This document shows positions 26,214-39,076 of a stretch of DNA of 64,000 nucleotides, piece after piece. How positions within the stretch are numbered: the first letter of the stretch is position 1; every line of letters begins with the position of its first letter. The DNA lies in assembly GCA_973895155.1 (NCBI GenBank), contig OZ316899.1:13023934-13087933 (forward strand), given 5' to 3'. The DNA comes from Marsupella aquatica. Lineage: Eukaryota; Plantae; Marchantiophyta. The notes beneath the pieces are model-generated. The model was not told the origin of the DNA. It did not search any database and saw only the letters and a list, made by a program, of their open reading frames with translations. The translations under genes and the position numbers were made by a program.

Positions 26214-29200
26214 TCCGGCCTAAATCGTGTTGAGCACGTACGGAGTAGGCTTAGTAGTCTGTAAGCATTAACATAGCGACACAAAATTATTTAGTTAGTA
26301 ATGATGAATAGGACAAGTTTAGTCAATAAAGAACATTCACACTTGGGCTGGCGGTGCAGTGCTAAACATACTACCGGGTTACGAGTGTGTTATAGTTGTC
26401 TAACTTGGGTCTGTATAACTGATTAGGGAAGCGGCCCTCTGTCACGCCCTAACCCGGACCTGTGGAGTGGCCGGTACACTGTAAGCGTGAGGAGCTCGGC
26501 CTATCACAAACAAGAGGAATCGATCGGTCGACATGCCACCAAGGTATAAAAGGCGGACTCTTCCCCATCTTCGGTCACTAGTGCACTCCGCATGCCAACG
26601 TTGATCCTAGCTCTTTTTGTTCCTTCCTTAGCGATCCAACATACCTCGTCATATGTTTGTCACGGTTATGTCCAGTTTTGCCATTTGCTTTTGGTTCCAA
26701 TTTCTGGGTATTGGTAACCATCTTGCAAAAATGCTTGCTAAGCAAACCCGCGCAGGTAAAAATCCAAAAGATAGTACAAACAGCTTATCCGTTTGAGCGG
26801 GCACTCTCACTACAACAACAACCTCAACCTTCCCTTTGAGAGCAAATACTGCCGGGACGAGGAGATCGCCAAATTCTTCTTTGACAAAACAAAGTACCTC
26901 GGCTTTGGAGAAGCACTCCTTCAACTTCTAGATGAAGACTTTGACGATATACTTGCCAAGGTGCAGTCCTTCCTTGACTATCAATTTGGCAGTCCGAATC
27001 CGGGCGGGTCATCAATCCTAGCATCACTTGGCTTTCCATCCAATCTTCTGAGTCCTATGGCGCCCCCGCCAGCTACACTTGCAGCCAACTTGCAAGCACC
27101 AACACAAACACTGCCTCAACCTCCATCAAGCCATTTCCCTCCACCAGTCGCACCCTCTGCTCACGTGCGGTCCGTGGTAAATGTGGTCAATCTCAACTTG
27201 GAGGATGAGGCCCCTCCCCTCAACCACAACCCAACGGGTACCTATCGCATTGGGACAGCACCACCACCTCAGCAAGCCCAAACTAGGGAGGAAATCTCGG
27301 TGGACAACGCGGTAATGGTGGCAGTCCGGGCACCAGTACTTATGGTAGTAGCCCTGCCACCACCGGATAGGGAAGATGGGGAGATGTCCCCCTCCATGAG
27401 TCACCCCGGGAACCAGCCTTTGAGGTAGGAAGAGGAAGGAACCGGTCACAATATCTAGCGTACCTTTGGCCAAAGTGGCAGTGGCCAAACTGACAATGCA
27501 TCGCATGGGGGAGAATGTCCATAAAAACATTCTCCATCCAAAGCATGCATGTTACCTCAAGACCCAGGGGTTTGAACACCTTGTCGCCCTCCTTTGGAAC
27601 ACTTGCAGGTACTACGGGCAAGACATGACAGAGTTCATCCAGAACTTCAATGAAGCCCATCGACAGACCCGTGCGCACGGACGAGTGATGTCCCTGAATG
27701 AAGCACGGCTTAAACTCATCTTTGGCCTACCCGAGGGAGACAAGCGGGTAGAATTACGGGCGCCAGGGGGCAAGGGAGCCAAGTACTAGTCCTCTAGCTT
27801 CCCAGTCGAGGGTTTGGTGGACAACGGCTTCCTGATGAGGACATGCCTCATCCCAGAGATTGCAGAGCGGCTGGAGTTTCAGCGGTACGCCCTCCACATG
27901 ATAGAGCCGTGGGGCGAGATATTCGTCGCCCAGGTGATCCAGGTCAAGAACTACCGGCCTAGAAAGTGGGCTTCATTCTTTGTCAAGAAGTTCCACGAGG
28001 AGATGGAGTGACAAAGGAAGACCTTGTACCTTGGGGGGAAGGCGTACCTTGCAAGCCACATTGAGATCAACATTGAGTGGTACGCCCATTTTGATCAACA
28101 AACCCTTCTGTGACTCAACAAGCCCAAAGTCACCCCGACCTAGTGGGTCTTCCCGGCGCAGGAAAGGCGATCGCAGCCCAAATCCCGGAGCTCAGCGCCC
28201 GTGGTGCCCGCCTCCACTCTGACCCCGCAAACCACTACTGAAGCTCCTTCCCCCGTACCAAACGCAGTTGTCATTGCGACCCTGGATGCAATCAACCAGG
28301 CCCACACAGTCATTGAGGTTGGCCCGGTTGAGGCCGGCCCCAAGCCTGAACCCAAGGCCGTAACCCTAGAGGAAGCCGCGGTACCCTCCGCACCTGTCCA
28401 AGTGGATCCCCTTGCTGGACACCCGTCCCCGTCTACCCTTACTACCCCGGGGCTGGACATAACAACCCCTGCCTCTGCCCGGGTGGAGGTATGTCCTTGT
28501 CCTTAACCCGAGTGGTCACAGCTTGGTGAACCCGAAACTCTTTGCACCGGGCACGTATTTGAATGGGTTGCTGGGCAACTTCTCCCAACAGATTAGTCAG
28601 GAAATGGGGGAGTTCATGGCCCGCAAGGTGGCCTACTTCTTTAGCCAAGAGTTGGTGGCGACGGCAAAAGCAAGACAGGCACAGGCTGAAGCCACAACAA
28701 AGATTGAGCGGTACCAGGTTGAAACAGCCCAACTCTTAGACAAAGCTTCACACCGGGATACCAAGTTACAACTTCTCCAGCCTCAGCTTATGACTGCCCT
28801 CATCCAGGTCGTTGACACCAAAGCCAAGTTAACCTTGGCCGAGCAAGCTGGAGCCATAAAGGACTCCAAAATCTCACGGCTTTGGGCCCAGATTGACAGT
28901 TTGAAAGGGCAAGTTGTCATCTAGAAAAAGGATATAGAGGAGGCCAATGCTTGGGCTCAAAGGGATACAGCCAAAGTGGATGCCCTGAAAGCAAAGGTGG
29001 CACGGCTTCAGCAAGAAGCCACTAAACAAGACCAACTGGTGGCGCAGCTGACGAACGATGCCCAACAATTGGAAGAGGCATGCTAGGAGGCAGCAGAGGA
29101 GATAGACGCGATGAAGTGGGAGAACAAATCTCTCCTAGACCAAGTCCAGATTCTCAAGCAGGATGCCAATCAATTGAGGAGGCAACGGGACGGCCGCTCC

Positions 29201-29530
29201 AAGTTCCACCCGAGAGGTCTGGCAAACGTACCAGACATTAGGCGGTGTGGCGGATTTAGAATAGTGTAGGTTTAGCCACGGAAATTGGACACTTCCGACA
29301 AGTGCCAAAACTAGTTAGCGGCGCTATCAACCTTTCTTTAGCGTAGCATCTTAGAGTAAAGACAAGTTGTTTTGCGGCCTGGCAGTTAGCTGAAATTAGC
29401 ATAGGTTAGAATTTGAGCATGTGACCGTTTTTGACCACGGCTCTTAGTTAGTATTTAGTGCATCCCCGATAAAGGCAAGGGGATTTTAGGTTCAGAAACG
29501 GGTATCCGCAAGATGTGCGGGGAGTCTCAA
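26181..29530 (+). repeat. 3' LTR of copy 2, 3'-truncated, with accessory ORF remnant (~26670-29240)
   Basis: Closely matches 13450-15720 over the shared length; breaks off near 29530. Confidence 0.88.
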
Positions 29531-29900
29531 CTTGTTCTTGAATCAGTCTGCAATGACCTCATGAGCTACATGTTTTGCATCCAACAAAGTGGAACTCGAG
29601 GGGGAACAAGCAGATATGCAAATTTGTTTGGCCCAAAGTGGTAGAGGTGACGGTTGATGACCACGGAGAAAGGTGCTAACTTAGAAGAGTCCATCAATGG
29701 TGGCAAAATCTCCATTGGATCAACATGTTTCCTCTGACAATGAGTCTTCAAACCAAAATCTAGTGCCTTGTTGGTACTCAAAGACCTTGTCTCTCAACGC
29801 TGAGCAGCTGCAAACTACAAAGCTTGAGAAGAGATGGGCTCTAGGGATGCAAAATTTGCCATCAGCTGATAAAGAAAATGGAAGGGCCTAATGCACAAAC
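29531..29900 (-). pseudogene. Decayed ParB-like paralog, 5' part
   Basis: VINRHLYHFGPNKFAYLLVPPRVPLCWMQNM versus VINRRLFPFGNDKFGFPLAPPRIPLCRMRNM. Confidence 0.85.
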
Positions 29901-30182
29901 GAAGCGCTGAAGTGGGTACGATGACTTCTAATTGGTATCCAAAGTCAGATTAGAGGGAGTATCTAAAGTCAAATTAGAGAGGGTATCCAAAGTAAGAATA
30001 GAGGAGGAGGACCAAGATTAGTGAAGGACCCAGATGGGAATCCAAATTTAAATTAGAGGTCCCAAGTAATCCACATACAATGAACATGATATCTGACATT
30101 GACAAGGAATAATCCAATGCTCCTTGCAAATGGCAATAAACAAGCCCAAGTCTCTTTTAAACAACATTGGCTTAAGTTGCAA

Positions 30183-31600
30183 TGTTAGGAATACGCCGAC
30201 CAACTAGATTAAGCGTAATATTCAGCATTAACCCCATGCAACGTTGTCGCGGGGACTAGAAGTTAGGGGCTCCTTGGGTAAACTGCGCGTTTTTGGCTGA
30301 GACTGGAACAGGCAACAAACACTTTTTGGAGCAAACTCTCACTCCTTAATTTTTTTACTTTTCTCTCAATGGTTATAATGGATGCCCTCAAGTAGGCCTG
30401 CTTGCAAGAATCTGGTAGTTGACCCTATGGTGGGCCGCTACCTCTAACTTGTCAAGCTCAACCCCTCGAGTGGTTATCTAATCAAAACTGATGGAAAAAC
30501 CCTCCTCCTTAGCTCACAAAACCTCCAAAACTGACTAGCTACTTGATTAGTCGCCTTCTAGCTCATAAGAAACTTGGGCCTAGACCAACGAGACTTGATG
30601 CTCGAAGGACCAAGACTCAAAGCTCAAAGCTAACACCAAATCCAAACCAAATCCTCTTAGACTCCAAAATCTCCTTGATCAATCTCAACAAACGATCACC
30701 CGCAGCGAGCAACAAACAACGGGACAACAGACCAATAGCCAAACCAACAAAACCACAATGAGCTGCAACTCAAGCCTTAAGTAGCTTCCAAAAACACCTT
30801 TCTCGCCCCAGCCAGCTACCACCAGCGAGGCTCACCCAAACACCAAACCTGGCAACAATGAGTCACCCAAACATCAAGCCTGATCTCATCCAAACGAGCA
30901 ACCTGCCCGAGTTAGCATTCCCGCGACTGATCAACGATGGCTTGCCCATCAGCCACTATAAAGGGACATTCCTTTGCCAAAATGTTTTGGCACAACATCC
31001 TCCCCTAGAAAACCTGAGTAGCCTCTGGTCTACTCCAATCCATCAGATTTCTTCTAAGTCAAAAATCAGAACTTGAACCATGTGCTTAGACCACTTTCTC
31101 CTCAAGACACTGAAAACCAAAGCCTTCACACTCAGCCTTAGGCATTCCACTTTCAAGAAACTCAAAGTCTAACTCATCAGAATCCGTATCAGTCTCTTCC
31201 CTTTCAAAACTCAAGCCCATTGGATGCGCATGGACCAGCACCTCATCTTCAAATTCACTCAAGTTAGAACTTGAGTCCATCCCTTTCTTGGTTCTCCTCT
31301 AGAAGATCTTCACTCTCTTCCCTGTGTAAGGTACTTGGTGAATGGTTCCATCCAGCTCTCAAATAGTATAGGTCTATTTGAATAAACAGCAACCACCACA
31401 TACGGACCTTGCCACCTTTGAGCAAACTTGTTTTGGCTCAAGTGTTGCTTGTCCAACTTTCTCTTGTAAATCAGAACCCAATCCCCTTCCTTAATCAAGA
31501 TAGGCCTCAACCAATGAGTCCTGTCAAACCTGGCCTTGTTCCTTAGCCTTGCCATCTTCATTATCATGTTTCAAAATGCTACCTATTCCACCTCAGTAAG
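30183..31600 (-). mobile_element. 3' fragment of a different Gypsy element: integrase tail, PPT and 3' LTR (30183-30997)
   Basis: GDWVLIY...RWQGPYVV; on the minus strand aggggagga is followed by TGTTGTG; the far end is TCCTAACA. Confidence 0.72.
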
Positions 31601-31677
31601 TAGCCCATCTGAACCGATCCTAAGCCTTGACAAACTCTCTTGAGTAAACTTATGCCCTATCTTGCTTGATCAATAAT

Positions 31678-31824
31678 TGTGACTCCGCCTGCACAATGGT
31701 AATGAGTAACCCGGCCTAATCCGTGCTAAGCATGTACAAAGTGGAATTAGTAGTCCATAGTTATTAGCGTAGCAACACAAAATTAGTTAGTAATGATGAA
31801 TAGAACAAGTTTAGTCAATAAAGA
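31678..31824 (+). repeat. Short 5'-terminal fragment of the giant-LTR family
   Basis: TGTGACTCCGCC...ttagtcaataaaga aligns with 26181-26332. Confidence 0.85.
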
Positions 31825-32959
31825 GTGTCGTCGGGGTGGAGCACAGGGGAGCAGCAAACCCAAGTCAGGATTATGCTTCCAAACTAGTCTTCTCCCTTGA
31901 TGAGTGCTGTGTTAGGCTCGGGATGAGCAAATAGACCTTTGTAACTACTTAACAATCCTCTTTCGAGGGAACCCTTCTACAGCCCTGGGTTATCAGGCTT
32001 TGCACCAATATGAACTGAACACCACTACAACTCTTCTACTACTACTACTGCGTGGAAAGCCCCTTGGATATTCAAGAGACCTATACACCACTGATCAAAA
32101 AGGGGCACCAAGTTACGGACTAATTTTCTAAAGGCATGACTATGCATAGTTCTTGTGATCCTAACTTTCGATTTTGGCATCCTAGCTATAGGCTTTCGCA
32201 CCTGACGTCCTATCATGATTGTATCCGGACCAAGTATAGGGCTTGGAGTTTGGTCTAGGCTTAGCTTGGACGTCCACTCAGAGTGCTCTACTTTGTCCGA
32301 ACCTCCCCCGAGCACACCTTCTCCTATTCTGACCACGAGGTCACAAGATGGTACTCATTAGCGGAGGTGAACCCTTTTGACTACGTCCGAACCATCCGGG
32401 AGATAGGAAAAAGGGGACACTACCTCTTTTCCCTTATCCACCCCCAAATGGTGCGTATGCCGCCAGATCAATGTATAAAAGGCCTTTGTCCTATGAATTA
32501 TTCCATGGGACAGAGATGCGAGGTGGTGCGTAGGGGTTAATTTCCAGCTAGACTCCTCGACTAACCTCACCATTGGGGCTCTTCGTCTTTACTCTTATCG
32601 TAGGCAAGACACCTAGTCATTAAGAACAACTGAGCTCGTCCGCTCTTGACGCTGGTCCGGATAGACTACAATACAGGGGAAAACCTCCTCCTATTGTCAC
32701 TATTGTGAGCATCCAAACCTGACTTCCTCAACAACATTCTCTACTGCAAATTCAATAAAGATTGACTTATCAGAATGGGAAAAGAGCATTACACACCAAC
32801 GTGATTCTGCTTGCAAGAATGTGTACCATATAATTGAACAATGCTCTCCCCCTGCCCACGACAGTCCAGGGTTTAAATACTTTACAATTTGTCCTAAGAA
32901 TGGGGCAATGGCCACCATCGCTCTACCAAGCAATGCTTTAATTACCTAACCTAATTCTA

Positions 32960-34215
32960 TTTGCCGCTCTTTCACTCCTTTGGCACAATAGGCGGCCGCC
33001 TTATTTCTCTTTCATGGGCGGCCTCCCACGTGGCTACCTCCGGATCCCTTGCTGCCATTGCCGTAATCCGGCGGCAAGTCCAGCGCTGTCGTTGGAGCTC
33101 ATTCCGCTATCTCAAGCGTCATTCCTCTTGTTCCCCCAATGTCTCACCTGCAACTACCCACCAATTGTGGTATTCTTTGTAAGTGTTAGGACCCCATTTG
33201 TCCTCAAGCTCAATTTTGTCATCCACGGTGTCAGGATTGGGTTGGTATACCATGAGGTACGCTCGAGTTGGTGGTCCTCCGCGTCTAATTATGGGGTCCT
33301 CCCCCTTCAAGGACTTGACGCTTATTAACAAATTGTACATCCGCACGGCTACTGGCCCCGCCCAGCTAAACAGCTTCCACATAATCATCCCTTTACATTT
33401 CATCTTGCCATTAAGATCTACGTTGACTTTGCCTGCTTGTCCGGATCGATCCACTACCTCAATTAAAGAGCGCGCAAAATAGTACCACCGAAAGTAGCAG
33501 GGGTCTGCAAGCCAACGCTCGAAAGGATATTGATTTGTAAGGGTATTTATCCACCGCCGGAGTTGAGCCAAAAGACTTAATGGTGGGTCAGCCTTGTGCT
33601 AGGGCAGTCGCATCCTAACCCGGGGATCATGCTGCCATATTGAATGATATACAGCTATAGGGTTAGTCTTGATGTGTAGACCAAAGTAACTCGTCATCAT
33701 CTACAAGTTCCCGGAAGAATTGGTGTGGTGTCCAGAAGATTGCAGGTCCAAAGTAATTTCCTAATCTATAATTATGTACACTTGCCTCTAACCATCTAAT
33801 TACATTCTCCGTAGGGGTCACCCTTTCCCAAAAGGATGTCTTTTCCCAAACACCCAGACTCAAATCAATTAGATTGAAGGGAAGCTCGTCGGTTCAGATA
33901 GTGTCCCTTGCACAAGCCACTGCAGTTGGATCTCTACCTAGTGAATAAAAATGAGTCATGGCAAGATGACTGAATTGGGGTAGGACGGGGAGGTCTACAA
34001 AGCTCATCCACTCATTGGATACTATAAAATGGGAGGTGTAGTAAGGATTAAAAATCACACTCGTCCCATCTCTCTCTTTGTTGTGCCATCTGGCCGTTTG
34101 GAGAAAAGTAACTAGGCGGGGCAGAGTATACTTTCCACAGTTGGTGTGGATTTCTCTCGCCGCCCAGGACTTCATCACTACTTCTACTAAATCAAAGACT
34201 ATCCTATGTACTGCT
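32960..34215 (-). pseudogene. Degenerate coding region of unknown function, probably retroelement accessory sequence
   Basis: Consecutive same-strand ORF pieces 33894-34178, 33663-33863 and 33119-33571; no motif recognised. Confidence 0.4.
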
Positions 34216-34575
34216 AAACTATAGAACCAATGGATTTTCTGCGCGAGGTATTCTATTGTGCGAGCAAACAGGAGTTTTGCTAGCGAGGACAGAAGGCTAG
34301 CGAGGCAAGTTTGTGCGTAACTTCAGGGTAGTTCAGGCGGATTCCCAAGTAAGATTGTTGATATATATTGTGAAACAGTTACGGAAAACGAAAATGCAAA
34401 AACTTAAATATTCACAAATGCAAAAATCGAGATCTTCACTACACTGAACTGAATGAAAAGGCATCATCACAATGAACAAAACCAGGTCAAAAAACCTTTC
34501 ACAATCCATCTTTAATAAAACTTTGGTATGACAAATATCTTCTGGAATGAGATTGCATCTGAAATTGACCATGAG

Positions 34576-34845
34576 TCATTGAGAATCCTCTGATTCCCAA
34601 TCATCTGAGGAATTACTAGGATCGCTACTCGACTCCCTATCAGTCTCCTCAGCCGAATCGTCAACATACTGTGCTACAATCCCAGCCTCATCATCTATGA
34701 ACTGAGGGCAGTAAAGGGCTTTCCAAACACCCCTCACTGACCGCAGACCTTTCCCCTCCCAAGTCAAAACGACGGGCGCTTCATCAACCTCCTTTGCAGT
34801 CTTTTCAACATAGCATGGAAGCGCAAATCCCTTCTCAGGGGTCAC
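34576..34845 (-). CDS. Small acidic-tailed ORF or extra exon, unknown function
   Basis: Open frame ending in a D/E/S-rich tail, just downstream of the MTase-like exon. Confidence 0.3.
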   Translation of the reverse strand: MTPEKGFALPCYVEKTAKEVDEAPVVLTWEGKGLRSVRGVWKALYCPQFIDDEAGIVAQYVDDSAEETDRESSSDPSNSSDDWESEDSQ

Positions 34846-35016
34846 AAGAAAATGATCCTTGATTTCTTTCTGAAGGCGGAATCTCTCCTCTGAAAACCAA
34901 TCCGAACGCCTATCACTGAAGAAATCACCAGAATCGGATCAATACTACACATCCGAAAATTCTACAAACAAAAGAAAAACACCAAATAGGGAGTTCTACA
35001 TCAAAGGCCAAGTGCT

Positions 35017-38000
35017 TTACTCCAGGTCAAATTCATCCTTCTCGTCTGAAGGTCCTCCCTGATCATCTCCTAGGATGGTGAACTCATCATCCGACCCTTC
35101 ATCATTGGGATCATCGTTTTTCGGGTCTGCGGCCCCTTTCAACTTCTGGGCATGTCTATCCAACACATTTGCCAAAGTTTTTTGCGCACACAGATGAAGA
35201 ATGTCTCGATCTTCAACATCCACAACAAATCTCCCAGCATATTCCCCAGCGGAAAAAGCACTTCCATCTCCAACAGTCCAGTCAATGACAATGTCCTTTG
35301 GCAAAGTAAGGATCTCCATTATGGCTTGCATGAACCCAACTGACAATCTATTGGAACCTATGAAAGCCGCCTTGGGACTGGGATCAGTTTTTGGGTAGCA
35401 AACACTCAACATCAATTTATGGCGGGCATCCTCAGAGGAAGTCATTGGAACATATCCTGTATGTTTCGGGACTTTTGCTGAGAATTCCACCTTGTAGAAG
35501 ACATCCATAATGAGAGTAACCACCTGAATTGAAAACGAGAATATGTCAGAAATGGGCACTTTTGGTTAGCGAGCTTGCTAGCAAAAATTGCACAAAAATA
35601 TTGAGTATATCTTACCTCGATGTCCATATCTGCCTGATACAAAGGAGATGAAAGCAAAACCGAATACTGTCGGACATGTTTAAATTTGTTCTTTTGCTCA
35701 ACGGCAGAAAATTTTGTCTCATATGGTTATAGTCAGAGCTGTGAAGAACTGCGACATAACCATCATCGGCAAGCATCGGACGCATGACTCCAAAGAAATA
35801 ATATGGTAATTTCTCACTCCAAACATTCCACTTCAGGACCTCCCGGTCTGTGATGCTCCAGGGAGGTCTTACTTTCCTCTGGCTAATTGAGTTTGCAGTT
35901 TCCGTGAGATTGCTCTTTGCCAAGAAATGCCTCTCACCATCCTTCTTAAGACCACACATTCGTGCTACTCCTTGCGCGACGCATGCTTCCTCCTCATCCG
36001 AGTCGGAGAGAATTTGGACATTGCGCTTCCTCTTTAAACGCTTGATTGAACCCAGGTCCACAACAGATTTTGTTGTGACCTCAACATCAGGAGACTTGGG
36101 TTCTTCTCCATCATCCGCCCCACTCTTCAAACTCCCAGAGGCTGCAGCCTTTCTCTTCTCTGAAAAACATGTTAATGTCAGATAGGTGACTGAGACAAAA
36201 TTACTCCAAATGAGGTATGAAAAAAAGAGGAGAAAAATACTTACTTTGCTTCCCAGACAAGACTGATCCATCTTTGGACGTGTCCTTCACCGGCACCTTG
36301 CGAGGTCTCCTCGATCTACTCCGGTCGACAATGGCAGCTACACCAAGAACAGCTTTCTCCATTGCCTCACATCCGCCAGCCTTGGCTTCTGCAGGAGCTA
36401 ATTTGGACTCTGTAATGTACGACTCTGGTATCAAGCCTCGATTTATCATATGAAATGCTGCCTTCTCTATTGTGTCAAATGTCACTGCCCATTTGTCTGA
36501 TTCTAAATACCATGGACAGTGAAGGACTTCCCACTCACTCATCTTTCTTGGAGCCTCCACTCCCTCACATGGGTACATCGAGTACTCTCCATATTTAATG
36601 GAGGTTGGATCCTCTTTCACTCCTGCTATCCAAGGCGAGAAGCAAGCAGGATAGGACCACCAATATGTTTTGTCAGCAACTTCTCTATCCACAAAAAATG
36701 ATACGTATATCTCTCCGCCCTCCTCCAAAAAAGTGAGATGTCAATCTTCTCACCCGACTTTGGTGGCCAAATCTGTCTGAAAAAATGAGATTTCACTCTA
36801 GTTTGGAAATCTTCAAAGTCCTCCTCTATGTCAAGGATCAGCGATGGCTTTGTCTTCTCAGAGGAAGTAAGGATCCTTGCATTTGGGACAGTTGGGATCA
36901 TCTCTAAAATAATCTAAAAAATGAGCGAAGAACAAATTGACTCAACCTGCTCCCAGACAGCCCATCGGTGAAGCCAAAGTTTTGTTTCGCTGTCCGAGAA
37001 TTGACCAGGGTGGAAGTACTTCTTGCGAAGCTCAGGTCTGCATTGTGCCTCGAGCAGTACACATCTGAGCTGCGGAGTCAACAACGAGACACCCGTAAAT
37101 AGCCTCGCACGATCGAGACCACATGACACATTACCCCTTCCTTTATCGTCTGTTCGTTGGGCCTCCTTCCTCTCATGTTCGCAGTAGTTGTGCATCTCAA
37201 CACACTTCTGGAAAAAGTCACCAAACTCAGGATTCAGGAGAGGTCCAATCTTTGGCACCTTCACATTCCAATCTGCTAGTTGCTCCTTCATCATGTCTTT
37301 CACTGCCATGTCTTGCGCAGCTTTTGAAAGAGGTTCTCCTTGCGCTTCTTTCAACTGGAACTTCTTCTTCAAATCTTCCGTCTGCGCTGCAATATTAGCA
37401 GCAGACAGAATGTACATGCAGGCATCGAGTGTCATGTTCTTCGAATACCAAGCTGGTTTCCTAATATTTTCCATCTTCTGCTGGAAAAGTTTGTAGTTGT
37501 CTGCATCGATGATATCTTTGTATACAGAAAGGTCATTACTAAGCACCTTCTGGACTCTCTGTGCTTCAAGGACCCAAGAATTCTCAACGTGACATTGAGT
37601 CAACCTGAACAAAAGAAACAGGTCAGCAAGATCGCTAACAAGAGGAATTGAAAGAATTTTATATACAATTCAGAGCTTGAAGGAAAAGAAACAAACCTAT
37701 TCAGCGCATGCATCGTCGACTCAATCTGAACAAATGAGTTCTTGTCACCCTTGAAAATTCGGCAAACAACTCGAGGATGATATTTGACATCATGGGGATT
37801 CTTGTCCGCAAGCTGCATCCATGAGTACAGACGATGATTTCCATTGAAAACACATAACATTTTGTCTTTCAAAATTTTGAAAGCTTCGTGAGAATCACAT
37901 TCCCTCTCAAATTCTTCATTCTGAAGAATCCACATGTCATCCCACGACTCCCGAATCACATCCTCGCACATCTGGACAAGGCCATCTTTGCCGATCATTT

Positions 38001-38400
38001 GGACGTAAAATCGAGGCGCATCTTCGATGTATCCCTGCATCCGGAATTCATTCTTGAGTGTCTCGATCGTAGTCGAGTTTGTTTGCAAGGACCGAACGAT
38101 CTGCATGTTTCGCATTCTGCAAAGGGGAATCCTCGGAGGAGCGAGGGGGAATCCAAATTTGTCATTTCCAAAAGGGAAAAGACGGCGATTGATGACAATA
38201 GAATAGGGTTCTGAAGCTCTAGGTTGAAACGTAGGATTCACAACATCTACTTGGTTCACCATCTTGGGCCTCCTCGGTGTTTTCAATCCCGCTTGGAGCG
38301 CCTTCTTGTTCACTGTAGACCTTGTCTCCCTTCGGATTGACTCGACTGACTTGAACGATCCTATTGATGACAAGCTCTTGGGTGAAGACAATGGCTCCAT
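35017..38400 (-). CDS. Spliced gene: ParB/Srx-like domain plus beta-class N6-adenine/N4-cytosine DNA methyltransferase-like domain (about three frameshifts)
   Basis: GT-AG introns at 37605-37696, 36160-36244 and 35524-35615; VRSL...LKNEFRMQGY...VFNGNHRL; RPPW...MLADDGYVAVLH; LTLPKDIVIDWTVGDGSAFSAGEYAGRFVVDVE. Confidence 0.68.
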
Positions 38401-38786
38401 CAGCGGGTCCGTGAAGTGATAAGGGTATGAACAGGTCAAGGTCGAGGGCGACACGCTTTGCAAACATAAAGAAACCCGAGAATCGATCTTCCAATCAAAG
38501 ACAGAATCGTACCCTCATCTGTTGCTTTCACCTGAATGCAGTGCCCGGTCGTGAAAAGAGATACAGATATTCTGTACAACTCTCCTCGCAATCATTTTTC
38601 AGACACCGTCAGGTATACATGTACTTCCAGAAATATGAACCACCAAACTCACGACTGAAAGAAAAGTATCTAATGACAAAGAGACAGGTGTCCGGTAATG
38701 TACCGTACCGTTGACATATAGGTACCCGTTGACAAATTCCAACGGATATAAACGGTCATAATGGTCTCTTATCAGAAACTACTTTT

Positions 38787-38900
38787 GCTAGCGACATCGC
38801 TAGCCAAAAATTGATCACTAAATCTATGAACTAGTGAAGGGTGTTTTGTAAGGTTTTGAACCATTTTACTTAGATCATTGAGCTAGCGATCTCGCTAGCT
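38787..38900. promoter_or_regulatory. Pair of perfect 8-2-8 palindromes in the divergent intergenic region
   Basis: gctagcga-ca-tcgctagc at 38787-38804; gctagcga-tc-tcgctagc at 38882-38899. Confidence 0.65.
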
Positions 38901-39076
38901 TTATCATTCCGTAAATAGTGTCATATAAGACAAAATAACAGTCAGATAACGGGAATAAGAGGCATTTATTAAATAAATACGTTGAGTCCAACACCTACAC
39001 AAGCACGTTTCCTCATATGTATTTGGAGAAAGAAGAGAGCGAAGTATCTCACATTTGAGGATTGTTGTAGACTATA

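Larger units (their letters stand above)
13430..29530 (+). mobile_element. Ty3/Gypsy copy 2 (5' LTR, gag-pol, 3' LTR truncated), inserted in the ParB-like paralog
   Basis: TGTGACGCCGCC at 13430 and at 26181 (after PPT aagtagggag); the two flanks rejoin as one gene homologous to ~37980-38100. Confidence 0.9.

Noticed and set aside
197-29068. Many short antisense and alternate-frame ORFs in the ORF track
   Set aside because: They are shadows of gag-pol and the LTR ORF with no independent motifs
35017-38400. Bacterial contamination or prophage ParB-MTase
   Set aside because: The gene has GT-AG introns, and a paralog is interrupted by a plant Gypsy element
38715-38760. Similarity (reverse complement) to atgaccgtttt...tcaacgg..cctat in the 303-bp repeat
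   Set aside because: Too short and gapped to support without alignment statistics
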